Virus record (IMG/VR): IMGVR_UViG_3300031237_000001
Coordinates: 4,181-68,180 of that record
Direction: 5' to 3' (one strand)
Length of the DNA: 64,000 nucleotides
Source of the DNA: a virus
Both the position numbers and the translations under genes were made by a program. Positions 1-8,461 of this stretch are shown here, one piece after another (the first letter of the stretch is position 1; every line of letters starts with the position of its first letter). The notes below the pieces were generated by a model that saw nothing but the letters and a program-made list of their open reading frames with translations, did no database searches and had not been told where the DNA came from.

Positions 1-663
1 GTGTACACGTGCTTCGGTAACAACCCGCGCCGAGGAGCCGAAATGGTATTGCTCGGTCACGTCGTACAAGATGCTTCGTGGTTGCCCGGCGAAGATTGGG
101 ACAAGCGGCACGCCCGTTTCCTGAAGCTCCTCCATTCCCTCTGGGTCCCGCTGCCCCTGGAGCACGAACGGACCCGCGAGTGGATCAAGCATCAGTACCA
201 GTACCTCGCCCACTGTTATCAGGACGTGGAGCGGCCCGAGTACAACCGGTCCGGTATGCTCGTTTATCCCGTGCCGGACTACAAGCTGAAGCGGCCGACG
301 ATTGACCCGCACTGGACCGAGGAGTATAAGGGGGCGGTGCAGGCGGAGGCGGAGGTGTTCAACAGGCAGGAGATAGAGCGGGCGCAGAGAATAGCGACGG
401 TTGACAATCATCTGGCGGTTGTTACGATCCGCCGATTTTACCCCGACTACCTGAAAGGCTGGGAGTACACTCTATCGTGTCAAGCGGACGTTAACTTGAT
501 TCACAACCCCCCACAACTACGACAGGCCGACTGGTGGGAGCGGGAAGCGGAGCGCCCCTCCGAGACCGACTGTCCCGGCCACCTCGGTACGAAGCACGGG
601 ACACACGACCACTGCGGTTACTGCGGCCGTACCGGGCTCAAGCTTGAGGAGGTCACGACATGA
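1..663 (+). CDS. hypothetical protein (possibly 5'-truncated), C-terminal Cys/His cluster
   Basis: Long ORF ending in SD GGAGG with stop/start coupling to the next gene; HCGYCG motif. Confidence 0.6.
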   Translation: MYTCFGNNPRRGAEMVLLGHVVQDASWLPGEDWDKRHARFLKLLHSLWVPLPLEHERTREWIKHQYQYLAHCYQDVERPEYNRSGMLVYPVPDYKLKRPTIDPHWTEEYKGAVQAEAEVFNRQEIERAQRIATVDNHLAVVTIRRFYPDYLKGWEYTLSCQADVNLIHNPPQLRQADWWEREAERPSETDCPGHLGTKHGTHDHCGYCGRTGLKLEEVTT

Positions 664-836
664 CGCAAGACACGAGAGAACTTCTGGCCCGCGCCTTGAG
701 ACGGGCCGCCGAGGCTTGGGACAAAGACGCGGATAAATGGGGTGCTCCAAAAGATCCGGAAGAAAGCCGCTTACGTTCTGATGCGGTTTACGCTCGGGGC
801 TTCGCCGAGGCCCTGGAAAACGGGTGCGACCTGTGA
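660..836 (+). CDS. small hypothetical protein (MTQDTRELLARALRR...)
   Basis: ATGA overlap with the upstream stop, SD GGAGG; 58 aa, translated by hand. Confidence 0.5.
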   Translation: MTQDTRELLARALRRAAEAWDKDADKWGAPKDPEESRLRSDAVYARGFAEALENGCDL

Positions 837-1063
837 GCCGCTGTGAAGACTGGGTCGGCCTGGAAGCTCCCGGCCTGGTCGTACCTTGCGGCGCCTACCG
901 CCTCCACCCCCACTCTGTAATCGGCCTGGCCTGTACGCTTCCCCAGGGACACAAGGGACCGCACCACGCTCACACATTTACCGCCTGCCTCTGCGTCTGG
1001 CCCCAGGCGTCGGCCTGTCCGCATTGGGAGGCGGCGGAGAAGGAGCACGTATGCACGAAGTAG
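833..1063 (+). CDS. Cys/His-rich small protein, paralog of 10873..11091
   Basis: CExW..LE...CGA...CT....H...HHAHT...C..VW pattern shared with 10873..11091. Confidence 0.6.
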   Translation: MSRCEDWVGLEAPGLVVPCGAYRLHPHSVIGLACTLPQGHKGPHHAHTFTACLCVWPQASACPHWEAAEKEHVCTK

Positions 1064-1263
1064 AAGCGATCATTCAGAAGTGCCCCGAAGATTGGCGCCG
1101 GTTCTGCGACGGCGAAAGCCTCTCCGTCTATACTTCGCAGCTCTACGAGCATCTTTACAACTTCTACCTAGCCGAAGGAGAAATGCCCTTGGGCGTGGCG
1201 AAGGCCCGGACGGGCGACCCGGACGAATGGATCGCTACGAAGCTGGAGCGATTTCTCCCTTGA
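1051..1263 (+). CDS. hypothetical protein
   Basis: SD AAGGAG before ATG 1051; protein-like C-terminal part of ORF 886..1263. Confidence 0.6.
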   Translation: MHEVEAIIQKCPEDWRRFCDGESLSVYTSQLYEHLYNFYLAEGEMPLGVAKARTGDPDEWIATKLERFLP

Positions 1264-1288
1264 CAACGGGGTACGAAAGGCGTATAAT
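1260..1288 (+). promoter_or_regulatory. sigma70-type promoter
   Basis: Perfect TTGACA-17 bp-TATAAT, followed by SD AAGGAGG and ATG 1309. Confidence 0.85.
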
Positions 1289-1308
1289 CGACCGCAAGGA
1301 GGTCAACC

Positions 1309-1788
1309 ATGTGTTGCTGTGCGAAACCAAACGTAAACGGTGAGCCGGGATACTCCTGGGATGGGAAGCAGGTAGGAGTACACCCAGTCAATCCGCCGAC
1401 CTTACAAGAAGGCGACAGGCTGCTATTCGATGAGCCTGGACGCTGTGGTGGTATGGATAGTCACTGCCACCACTACCGGATCGTCGGTGAGAGAACCTTG
1501 CTTGTTAAACACGGCGGGGGCGAAGAACGCATTCGCCTTTCCCTTCCGGGGGGAAAGTTTCCCTTCCGAGGATTCGAGACGATGGACTCGAACATGCGGT
1601 ACTGGCTGCTCAACGCGATCTATCACGCCTATGTAGATGGACGAAGCGCCGGACATGACGCGACGGCGCGGGAGTACCGCGAGGCTCTTGTGGATGGCCG
1701 CCTACGAAAGCGTAAACTGCCAACGCGAGGCGTCAAAGTCTGGATCGAGCCCAGGGAAGCCGTTTTTCACCTCGGAGCTAAGGCGTGA
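1309..1788 (+). CDS. hypothetical protein
   Basis: Promoter plus strong SD; 159 aa ORF. Confidence 0.7.
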   Translation: MCCCAKPNVNGEPGYSWDGKQVGVHPVNPPTLQEGDRLLFDEPGRCGGMDSHCHHYRIVGERTLLVKHGGGEERIRLSLPGGKFPFRGFETMDSNMRYWLLNAIYHAYVDGRSAGHDATAREYREALVDGRLRKRKLPTRGVKVWIEPREAVFHLGAKA

Positions 1789-2003
1789 GTCCCCGCTACC
1801 CGTGCCAAGTCTGCGGGCGCCCCGTGACCTTCCTTTCCCGCGGTCCACACTCAGCGCGGCGCACCAAGGCCGACGCCCAGCACGATCTGTGCGGCGCCTG
1901 CTTCCGGGCCGAGCTGGACCGGCGCCGTCCCCGGCCCTCCCACTTTACTCAGGGAAACCTCATTTACGAGGCCCCTTTTTACGAGGAGATGAATCTAACA
2001 TGA
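1785..2003 (+). CDS. small zinc-finger protein
   Basis: CxxC ... CxxC; GTGA coupling. Confidence 0.5.
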   Translation: MSPRYPCQVCGRPVTFLSRGPHSARRTKADAQHDLCGACFRAELDRRRPRPSHFTQGNLIYEAPFYEEMNLT

Positions 2004-2368
2004 TGACGAATCAAAGCTGCCTGCGCCGGCCCAACGGCGACGGCTTCTACTTCCGTTACTACACGTCGGACGACTTCTTTCATCATGGGACCAAAGGTCT
2101 GCCGACGGTCGAAGTCCGCTTGGATTACAACGGCAACCGTTACACTGGCTGTGCCTGGTGCTCACCTCACGACGCCTGGTCGCCCGAGGTCGGCCGCAAG
2201 GTCGCCTTAGCCCGCGCCCTCTCGCAGATCCCGCGCCCCGCCCGCCGCCCCTTCTGGTCCATGTACTTCGCTCGTTCTCCTCGCTACGAACGTCAACTGC
2301 GGCGTTGCCTGCGACCCTTCGTTCTCGCTGCGTCTCAAGGAGATAAGCCATGTGCCTCTATCGAGTAA
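2000..2368 (+). CDS. hypothetical phage protein
   Basis: GxAxCSPxDxW...GRKVALARAL motif common in small phage proteins; SD GAGGAG. Confidence 0.6.
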   Translation: MMTNQSCLRRPNGDGFYFRYYTSDDFFHHGTKGLPTVEVRLDYNGNRYTGCAWCSPHDAWSPEVGRKVALARALSQIPRPARRPFWSMYFARSPRYERQLRRCLRPFVLAASQGDKPCASIE

Positions 2369-2751
2369 CAAAGGTCAGAAACCTGCCCGTTCAGGTAACC
2401 GCCTGGAAGATCCTCGGTGTTTACGGGAACGATCTCAGAACGCCCGTTCAAAATACGAAGATTAAAAGGGACGAATGGAACGTCGTTCCTACCAAGTTTA
2501 CACTGGAAGCGGAAAATAATAGCGGTCGTTGTTATACAGGCGGTTTTCATGCTTATGCCCGCCTCGAAGACGCCCGCGTTTCCTGGATGCTAGAAGACTG
2601 TCCTGACAGAAAGATCTTCCGTGTCCATCTTCGAGGACTCCTTTGTTTTGGGCGGGGCGACGGCGGCAGTTGTAGCAAGCTTAGCGATCAGTGGGTCGCG
2701 TCCAAGATGCGCGTCGTCCGCGAGGAGCCTGGAGGTGCGTCATGTGTCTAG
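2350..2751 (+). CDS. hypothetical protein, tandem paralog A
   Basis: Shares MCL.RV, KIL, TPV, WNV, GFHAY.RLEDA, LRGL, GDG, QWVA..MRV with 2742..3137. Confidence 0.75.
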   Translation: MCLYRVTKVRNLPVQVTAWKILGVYGNDLRTPVQNTKIKRDEWNVVPTKFTLEAENNSGRCYTGGFHAYARLEDARVSWMLEDCPDRKIFRVHLRGLLCFGRGDGGSCSKLSDQWVASKMRVVREEPGGASCV

Positions 2752-3137
2752 CTCGTGTCGTCACCACGTCCGATCTTCCCGCCTCGGTCGTCGCCTACAA
2801 GATTCTGAGAGAGAGGCCCCGCACAATGGAGCTGGGAGATCTGTATACCCCGGTGCGTTACGAGCCGCTTCACCCTGTTAACTGGAACGTAGCTGCGTGC
2901 GCTAATCAGTTGAGAGCAGAAGACGATAGTGGGATGTATGAAGCAGGCTTCCACGCCTATCAACGCCTGGAGGACGCCGCACGTTCTAGTTGGTCCGGCT
3001 CCGTTTACGAAGTCGAGTTGCGGGGGCTGACTGCCAGCGGTCTCGGAGACGGCACGACACATGGGGAGAAGACGCCGCAGTGGGTGGCCCGGGAAATGCG
3101 CGTCCTCCGCCGCCTGCTGCCTGAGGTGCTCCTGTGA
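2742..3137 (+). CDS. hypothetical protein, tandem paralog B
   Basis: See paralog A; SD GGAGG before ATG 2742. Confidence 0.75.
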   Translation: MCLARVVTTSDLPASVVAYKILRERPRTMELGDLYTPVRYEPLHPVNWNVAACANQLRAEDDSGMYEAGFHAYQRLEDAARSSWSGSVYEVELRGLTASGLGDGTTHGEKTPQWVAREMRVLRRLLPEVLL

Positions 3138-3220
3138 TCTGGCGGGACATAGCAAAGGCCGTCGCCTCCGCCTGCCTCCTCCTCGTCGCCCTCCTCGTCT
3201 GGGCCTGGCGGTCCCGGTGA
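3134..3220 (+). CDS. single-TM micropeptide
   Basis: MIWRDIAKAVASACLLLVALLVWAWRSR; GTGA coupling. Confidence 0.45.
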   Translation: MIWRDIAKAVASACLLLVALLVWAWRSR

Positions 3221-3335
3221 CGCCGGTTCAAGTCTGGAGGATAAAAAAGGGGGACCAGTTGACGGAGAATCAGCGGCGACTTCTACAGATAGAGCGTGTA
3301 ACCTTTCCGCTCCAAGAACCGTCTCAAAGTAGAAG

Positions 3336-3755
3336 ATGAAGAAGAAGTTCTGGACGGCGAAAGAGCAGGCGGTTTATAGAGCCCAGGGAGATCAAGGCCC
3401 CGATCCTGCCGCCGCTCCCTCGTTGCCCCGGGTCTTCCGCGTCTTCTTCTCACAGTTCGAGCCTGTGTACGCCCGCACAGGTAACACCGGCCGCATGTAC
3501 TCCTTCACGTTGACCTGGGAGATCGCGGTCGGTACGAAGCTCCTCGGCATGTCGTTGACCCGCTGCCAGTTCCAGGTTCTCAAGTCTGGTGTGAAGGGGC
3601 CGCTCTACCGCTGGGCGCCGGCCCAGAACGTCAAAGGCTTCGCTCACTTCCACAACAACATACCGTACCCCGATCTGTACACCTACGTCCTCGACGAGTT
3701 GATGAAGACGCCCTATGCTGCCCGTCTTGGACGCCCCAAGGAGGAGGACCTTTAA
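3336..3755 (+). CDS. hypothetical protein
   Basis: 139 aa ORF in operon context. Confidence 0.6.
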   Translation: MKKKFWTAKEQAVYRAQGDQGPDPAAAPSLPRVFRVFFSQFEPVYARTGNTGRMYSFTLTWEIAVGTKLLGMSLTRCQFQVLKSGVKGPLYRWAPAQNVKGFAHFHNNIPYPDLYTYVLDELMKTPYAARLGRPKEEDL

Positions 3756-3759
3756 GAAG

Positions 3760-3945
3760 ATGCGGCGAAACTACGTAGACACGGCGATCCTGGTAGGAAG
3801 TCTCGGCGGCAAGGTTCTGGTAGAAACTGTTGATGGTTTAGACGGGTGGGAACTGGAGCCCGCGAACGCTCGTCGCCTTGCCAAGAGCCTAGTGAAGTTC
3901 GCGGACATCGCCGAGCGCAAGATGCTGCTGGAGGACCTTTCATGA
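3760..3945 (+). CDS. small hypothetical protein
   Basis: SD GGAGG upstream; coupled to the next gene. Confidence 0.5.
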   Translation: MRRNYVDTAILVGSLGGKVLVETVDGLDGWELEPANARRLAKSLVKFADIAERKMLLEDLS

Positions 3946-4418
3946 TTCTGGAAGCTGTACCACCGGACGAGATCTTGCCGCCCGCTGAAGTAGTCAACGA
4001 ACAGCCCGCGATGCGTCAAGTCGCCCGGCGCATCGTCGATCTGGTCGAGCAGACGGGCCTCAGTGAGGAGAAGGCCGCCAGTCAGGTCTGCCCTCTTCCG
4101 TGGGCCTCGTTGATGAAGCGGGACGACTTCGTAACCGCGATCACGGAGATCCGCTCTCGTTACGGTGCCATCAGCGACGAGGAGCAGAGGGAGTTGATAA
4201 AGGCTGGCTGGACGAAGCAGATGGTAGACGGCCTTTTATCCGACGATCCCGTTACGAAGAAGCTGGGACAGGACGCCTCTAAGTTACTCGCCCCTCAAGT
4301 CGGCCTCGCTCAACAGCCGAGCGTCCAGGTCGGCGTTCAGATCGGCGGCGATCTAGCGCCTCTGCTCAAAGATGCCGACGTAGCTTCCGTAGTCAGGGAG
4401 GACGACGCCGATGTCTAA
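3942..4418 (+). CDS. hypothetical protein, possible terminase small subunit
   Basis: N-terminal HTH-like helices, helical middle, beta-rich SVQVGVQI tail; size fits TerS (inference). Confidence 0.35.
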   Translation: MILEAVPPDEILPPAEVVNEQPAMRQVARRIVDLVEQTGLSEEKAASQVCPLPWASLMKRDDFVTAITEIRSRYGAISDEEQRELIKAGWTKQMVDGLLSDDPVTKKLGQDASKLLAPQVGLAQQPSVQVGVQIGGDLAPLLKDADVASVVREDDADV

Positions 4419-4689
4419 GGCGAGAATGACGCACGAAGAAACGCAGAAGCTGCGCGACCTCTGGGCCAGCCACGAGTTCAAGCGGGCCTCTCCTGTCAAC
4501 CGCCTGATCCGCCGCTTCGTCGTCGGCCTTTTAGACGAGATCCTCCTTCGGGACGCCGAGATCGCTGCTATCGAGGAATGGACGGGTCAGTCGCGTCAGC
4601 AGATGACTCGGAAGCAGACGATAAATGCTAGTCACTGTACATGCGGTGTCTGCCAAGAGTGTGACTGGGTGCGGAGTCACGCCGTATGA
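4411..4689 (+). CDS. hypothetical protein with C-terminal HCTCxxCxxC
   Basis: ORF with SD GGAGG; Cys cluster. Confidence 0.6.
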   Translation: MSKARMTHEETQKLRDLWASHEFKRASPVNRLIRRFVVGLLDEILLRDAEIAAIEEWTGQSRQQMTRKQTINASHCTCGVCQECDWVRSHAV

Positions 4690-4931
4690 TCCTGCGAGAT
4701 AAGCCCGACGAAGACGACGAGGTACCGGATGACTTGCGCTTCCAGCTCTACCAGTGGGACCCGCGGTTGTCGCGGCCCAAGGTGCCGCACCTCTCGGGAG
4801 ATGCTATCGCCTCCATCTGCGGGCGTCCCGACACGTCCAGGCGCATCCAGGACCTGATGAACGCAGTCGCCCAGAAGTTGAAGAAGGTAGAAGAGGCAAA
4901 GGAGAAGGAGACGAAAGATGGCGAGGTTTAA
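4686..4931 (+). CDS. hypothetical protein
   Basis: ATGA coupling. Confidence 0.5.
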   Translation: MILRDKPDEDDEVPDDLRFQLYQWDPRLSRPKVPHLSGDAIASICGRPDTSRRIQDLMNAVAQKLKKVEEAKEKETKDGEV

Positions 4932-5127
4932 GGACGTGGAATGGAGCGTGGAAGCTGACAGGAGCAACCGCGTCTCTTGGGATCAAGTTCAAGCTTCTAT
5001 TCTCATGGACATCCGCGACGAGTTGAAGCAGTTGAACCGGATCTTTTCGTGCCCCAACTTCTTGGCGATGCCCCGGGATCTACGTGCGATTCGTCTGAAT
5101 ACTACGAAGAGAAAGGCGAAGACGTGA
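4918..5127 (+). CDS. hypothetical protein
   Basis: SD AAGGAG; coupled to the nuclease gene. Confidence 0.6.
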   Translation: MARFKDVEWSVEADRSNRVSWDQVQASILMDIRDELKQLNRIFSCPNFLAMPRDLRAIRLNTTKRKAKT

Positions 5128-5939
5128 AGGTAAACTGGGACCGGGTTAAAGCGGCTATTGAAGAGGAAGGCGTTAAGAGGGCGAAGAAGCCGCTGGCCCG
5201 CTTCGACCTGGAGGACGCGGTCGATCTCGTCCGCCTCGCCGCAAACAAGTGGCTCGACGAGGACCTGCGTCTCCTACGAGCCCCCGTCTTCGAGGTTAGC
5301 TTCCGTCAAGAAGTCGTCCCGGGCGTCTACGCCAAGGGCGTCCTGGACGTGTTCACCGAGCATCGTCCCGCGGTCGAAACCGAAGCCTACCTGCCCTGCG
5401 TCATCGACTGGAAGACTCGTCAAACGGCCGACGTTGACAGCGACTGGGCTCGTGACCTCCGCGACTCGGCTCAGTGGCGCATTTACGCCTGGGCCAGCCG
5501 GGCTCCTCACTTTTTCTACCGGGGTCTCTCCCGCCGCTCTCGTAAGTGCCGCGAAGTTCCCATTCAGGTGCCCGAGGACAATGACGCTTGGGTGGAGAAC
5601 TACCTGCGGGGGATCGCTGCGCAGCACGTCGCTCTTACTTCTGCCGAGTTACCCGTGTGGCCTCAAGTCAAACCGCGGGCATGTAGGGCTTGGGGAAGAG
5701 ACTGCGAAAGGCGAGATAGTCTACGCAATACTGGTAATTGCGGTCCTCCCGAGGCTTTGCGAGGCAGCAGGGACCTTAGTTATACGGCAATCGAAAGATT
5801 TCTGCTTTGTCCTGAGCGTTATCGTTGTCATGCTCTAGCACCGGACGGCGAGTATGAGTCTGACGACTCTCTCTTCGGAAGTGCGTTCCATGCCGGTGCG
5901 GCCGAAGCATGGCGTCAGGCTTTTCAGGAGGAGAACTGA
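5124..5939 (+). CDS. PD-(D/E)XK nuclease, Cas4/AddB-like, circularly permuted
   Basis: FEVSF, GVLD, VIDWKT, QxxxY motifs; LSYTAIERFLLCPERY and FGSAFHA at the C-terminus; four Cys. Confidence 0.8.
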   Translation: MKVNWDRVKAAIEEEGVKRAKKPLARFDLEDAVDLVRLAANKWLDEDLRLLRAPVFEVSFRQEVVPGVYAKGVLDVFTEHRPAVETEAYLPCVIDWKTRQTADVDSDWARDLRDSAQWRIYAWASRAPHFFYRGLSRRSRKCREVPIQVPEDNDAWVENYLRGIAAQHVALTSAELPVWPQVKPRACRAWGRDCERRDSLRNTGNCGPPEALRGSRDLSYTAIERFLLCPERYRCHALAPDGEYESDDSLFGSAFHAGAAEAWRQAFQEEN

Positions 5940-5940
5940 G

Positions 5941-6135
5941 ATGGAACACGATCTTATACTACGTCCAGATGGGAAAGCGTACTTCTGTAGGTCGTGTCTG
6001 CGCTTGTGGTTGAGCATGCCTCCCGACCCTGAAGCCGTGTGCCCCAGTACGCCACCGCAGAGCCGGCCCGAGGACTTTAACCGGAACCTTCAGGAGTTGG
6101 CGAAGTGCGCCGGAGCTGAAAGCGAGGGTTTGTGA
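5941..6135 (+). CDS. small hypothetical protein (CxxC)
   Basis: SD GGAGGAG before ATG 5941. Confidence 0.5.
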   Translation: MEHDLILRPDGKAYFCRSCLRLWLSMPPDPEAVCPSTPPQSRPEDFNRNLQELAKCAGAESEGL

Positions 6136-6335
6136 GAAGTACCACCGGCGCTCACACCTCTTTCGTACCCATACTCGGGGTCGCTACGCTGTACCGCTTC
6201 TCGAACCGGCGCTGGCTCGTTCAGTGGTGGTTCCAGATCGGAGCCGATCAGAAGCCGCCGCCGATTCGTGCCGAAGAGATCATCGCCCTTCTGGAAGAGG
6301 TCGTCGCCGAGAATCGGGAGCCGTTGACGAAATGA
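6132..6335 (+). CDS. small hypothetical protein
   Basis: GTGA coupling. Confidence 0.45.
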   Translation: MRSTTGAHTSFVPILGVATLYRFSNRRWLVQWWFQIGADQKPPPIRAEEIIALLEEVVAENREPLTK

Positions 6336-6547
6336 GGACGCGCCCGGATTTTCGCCGTCCCGTTCCTGTTGAGGCCCGTCATCAATGCGGCCCGTTTAAG
6401 GGCGTAGCTTACCGTCCCGGCCTAGGCACCGTGCGCTGCCAAGGCTGTCGCCGTGTCAACCTTTACGAAGGCGGGCAGAGAGATTGGGACGACCTGCTCG
6501 CCGGGATGAAGTCTATGAGACGAGGGGAACGTGGGGCGCTTCTCTAG
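6332..6547 (+). CDS. small zinc-ribbon protein
   Basis: HxC ... CxxC; ATGA coupling. Confidence 0.5.
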   Translation: MRTRPDFRRPVPVEARHQCGPFKGVAYRPGLGTVRCQGCRRVNLYEGGQRDWDDLLAGMKSMRRGERGALL

Positions 6548-6863
6548 GTTACGTCAGGCTCGCGAAGCCGCCGGGCGCCGGGAGAACGAAGATGACCTGG
6601 CTAAGGAGCTGAACATCATCTTGCGGACTACACACTATGAGGACCATGACCACTTCCGCCGGGCCGTATCTCGTTGCGTGCAGCGTGTGCCCGTTTGCTA
6701 TCTCCCTACTCTTCTCGGCGGTGAGCCTCGGCGTATCTCTACTCGTTTGGGTATCGAGATACCTTCCGACGCTGAGTCGCCCCGGCCCCGGCGAAAGAGG
6801 CGCGTCACTGAAGCCCGCCTGCTCCAGTTGCAGAGAGCACGGGAGAGGAGACACGCCCGATGA
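6531..6863 (+). CDS. basic hypothetical protein
   Basis: SD GAGG, GTG start. Confidence 0.5.
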   Translation: MGRFSRLRQAREAAGRRENEDDLAKELNIILRTTHYEDHDHFRRAVSRCVQRVPVCYLPTLLGGEPRRISTRLGIEIPSDAESPRPRRKRRVTEARLLQLQRARERRHAR

Positions 6864-6976
6864 CGGTGGCTGAACCGCCCGAAGTCCTCCTCGGCGCCCT
6901 TCTCTGCTTCGTCCTGGCCGGCTTCCTGCTTTACCTAGCCTTCAGCGACGGGGACGGTACGAGGTTCAGATTCTAA
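6860..6976 (+). CDS. single-TM micropeptide
   Basis: MTVAEPPEVLLGALLCFVLAGFLLYLAFSDGDGTRFRF; SD GAGGAG; ATGA coupling. Confidence 0.5.
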   Translation: MTVAEPPEVLLGALLCFVLAGFLLYLAFSDGDGTRFRF

Positions 6977-7234
6977 TGACGTGGCCTTCTACGACGATCT
7001 TAGATGACCGCCGGGCGTCGGGTGACCACGGGGCGTCACGTCGCCTCCGCGGCTGGTACAGCCGTCGTCCGGGGCCAACGTCCTCATCTCGTTCAAAAAG
7101 CTGGGTCCACAGGCCGTGTTCCCGTCTCAACTGCCACAGTTTCAGTTCCGTCAGTGTCAAGATGCCTTCCTCCTGCCCCGTCTACATGCACGCCGCTTGT
7201 CATACGGGCTGCGTACAAACGGCAAAAATAACCC

Positions 7235-7264
7235 TTGACATACGATGCGGATCTGTGCGAAGAT
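7235..7264 (+). promoter_or_regulatory. possible sigma70 promoter (weak -10)
   Basis: A-rich UP region, TTGACA-18 bp-(TG)cGAAGAT, ATG at 7272. Confidence 0.4.
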
Positions 7265-7271
7265 AACTGGT

Positions 7272-7566
7272 ATGGACGGCGACGTAGAGATCAAGTTCCA
7301 AACAGGGAGGCCGGAAGGAAATGAGCTACGAGTGCGTGACGTGCGGTTCACTCTGCACCCTGAGTCGGAGAGACCTTCAGAACCGTCGGTCCAAGTAAGC
7401 CGAGTGCCCGACACGATGTGGTGGGATCAGAATTGCGTGACATGCCAAGAGATCTGGAGCGCGGGAGGCTTTGGTCCATCCCACGTTGGTTCTAAAGTAC
7501 TGCGAGAGCGGTTCCTTAGCTTCGGGAGGCCAGAATGCCCACTGCACCTGTGACACATGCTTTTAA
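7272..7566 (+). pseudogene. small Cys-rich protein gene with an apparent +1 frameshift
   Basis: CVTC...GFGPSHVGSK continues as YCESGSLASGGQNAHCTCDTCF* only if one A is removed at 7494-7496. Confidence 0.5.
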
Positions 7567-7663
7567 CTGCGCGGACGTTTTTACAGCGGTTGTCGGCGGT
7601 TCGTTTATCGTGGCGTTCGTGGTATTCGCTGTAATCGTGGCGGTGAAATTATGCAAGAAGTGA
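7550..7663 (+). CDS. single-TM micropeptide
   Basis: ...VFTAVVGGSFIVAFVVFAVIVAVKLCKK. Confidence 0.4.
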   Translation: MTHAFNCADVFTAVVGGSFIVAFVVFAVIVAVKLCKK

Positions 7664-7878
7664 AGTGCGCGGGTAACCTGCCGGACGGCTGCGTCGACCC
7701 GTCGGACCTGGATTACTACGAGCGTGTGAACGGCCCCGACGAGGACCCGCAGGACGAGGACGACGAGTCCGATCTGCCGCCCGAGTGTGAGCTGGACGAG
7801 GACTACGAGGCGTGGCTGGACGAGGTTTACAAGCAGGACGACCGGTTTTATCAGGACGCCTGCCGCGTTGCTTCTTAA
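7651..7878 (+). CDS. small very acidic protein
   Basis: NLPDGC motif followed by a D/E-rich stretch. Confidence 0.55.
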   Translation: MQEVKCAGNLPDGCVDPSDLDYYERVNGPDEDPQDEDDESDLPPECELDEDYEAWLDEVYKQDDRFYQDACRVAS

Positions 7879-7913
7879 GGAGACGAGATGCACATTAAGG
7901 TGTGGGCCGAGCG

Positions 7914-8066
7914 ATGATGAAACTTGGTAGCGTCGGCGAGACACGGTTTGAGGCCGACAAACGTAGAGCTAATACAATCGGACTTTACGTGCCGCTTTTC
8001 ATTTCCCTGCTTACGGGATTGGTTGGCTTTGTCTCGTGGTGGATAAGTCTTAGGGAGACAAGATGA
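7914..8066 (+). CDS. single-TM small protein
   Basis: MMKLGSVGETRFEADKRRANTIGLYVPLFISLLTGLVGFVSWWISLRETR; coupled to 8063. Confidence 0.45.
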   Translation: MMKLGSVGETRFEADKRRANTIGLYVPLFISLLTGLVGFVSWWISLRETR

Positions 8067-8461
8067 TGAAACTTGACTTGACGAAGCCGGTTCGTCTGAA
8101 GAATGGTAACGAGGTCAGGATTTACTGCATGGACGGCGGCGGCAACTATCCTGTTCACGGCGCCTACAGGAGTAGCGTTGACAGTAACATCTGGATCGTG
8201 GCGGCGTGGGACATGAAAGGGTTCGCTAACATCTGGATAGGTACCACAGAGAACATGGCTAACTTGGTCAACGTCCCCGAGCCCTTCACTCGCAGCGGCT
8301 GGGTGAACATCTATCCTTATGCCTCGGGGCGTCTTTGTAATCATCCTGGCGTCGGCGCAACGGTGTATGAATCGAAGTCAGACGCCGATAAGAATGCACT
8401 GAACGACCGAATCGCCGTCGTCCCCTTCACGATTACAGGTAACGTAGGAGACGGCCTGTGA
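8063..8461 (+). CDS. hypothetical phage protein
   Basis: LDLTKPVRLKNGxEVRIYCxDGGGxYPVHGA pattern; SD GGGAG. Confidence 0.7.
   Translation: MMKLDLTKPVRLKNGNEVRIYCMDGGGNYPVHGAYRSSVDSNIWIVAAWDMKGFANIWIGTTENMANLVNVPEPFTRSGWVNIYPYASGRLCNHPGVGATVYESKSDADKNALNDRIAVVPFTITGNVGDGL

Noticed and set aside
7930-7980. Structured RNA around GTCGGC/GCCGAC
   Set aside because: Lies within the coupled membrane-peptide ORF 7914..8066 and has only one short helix.
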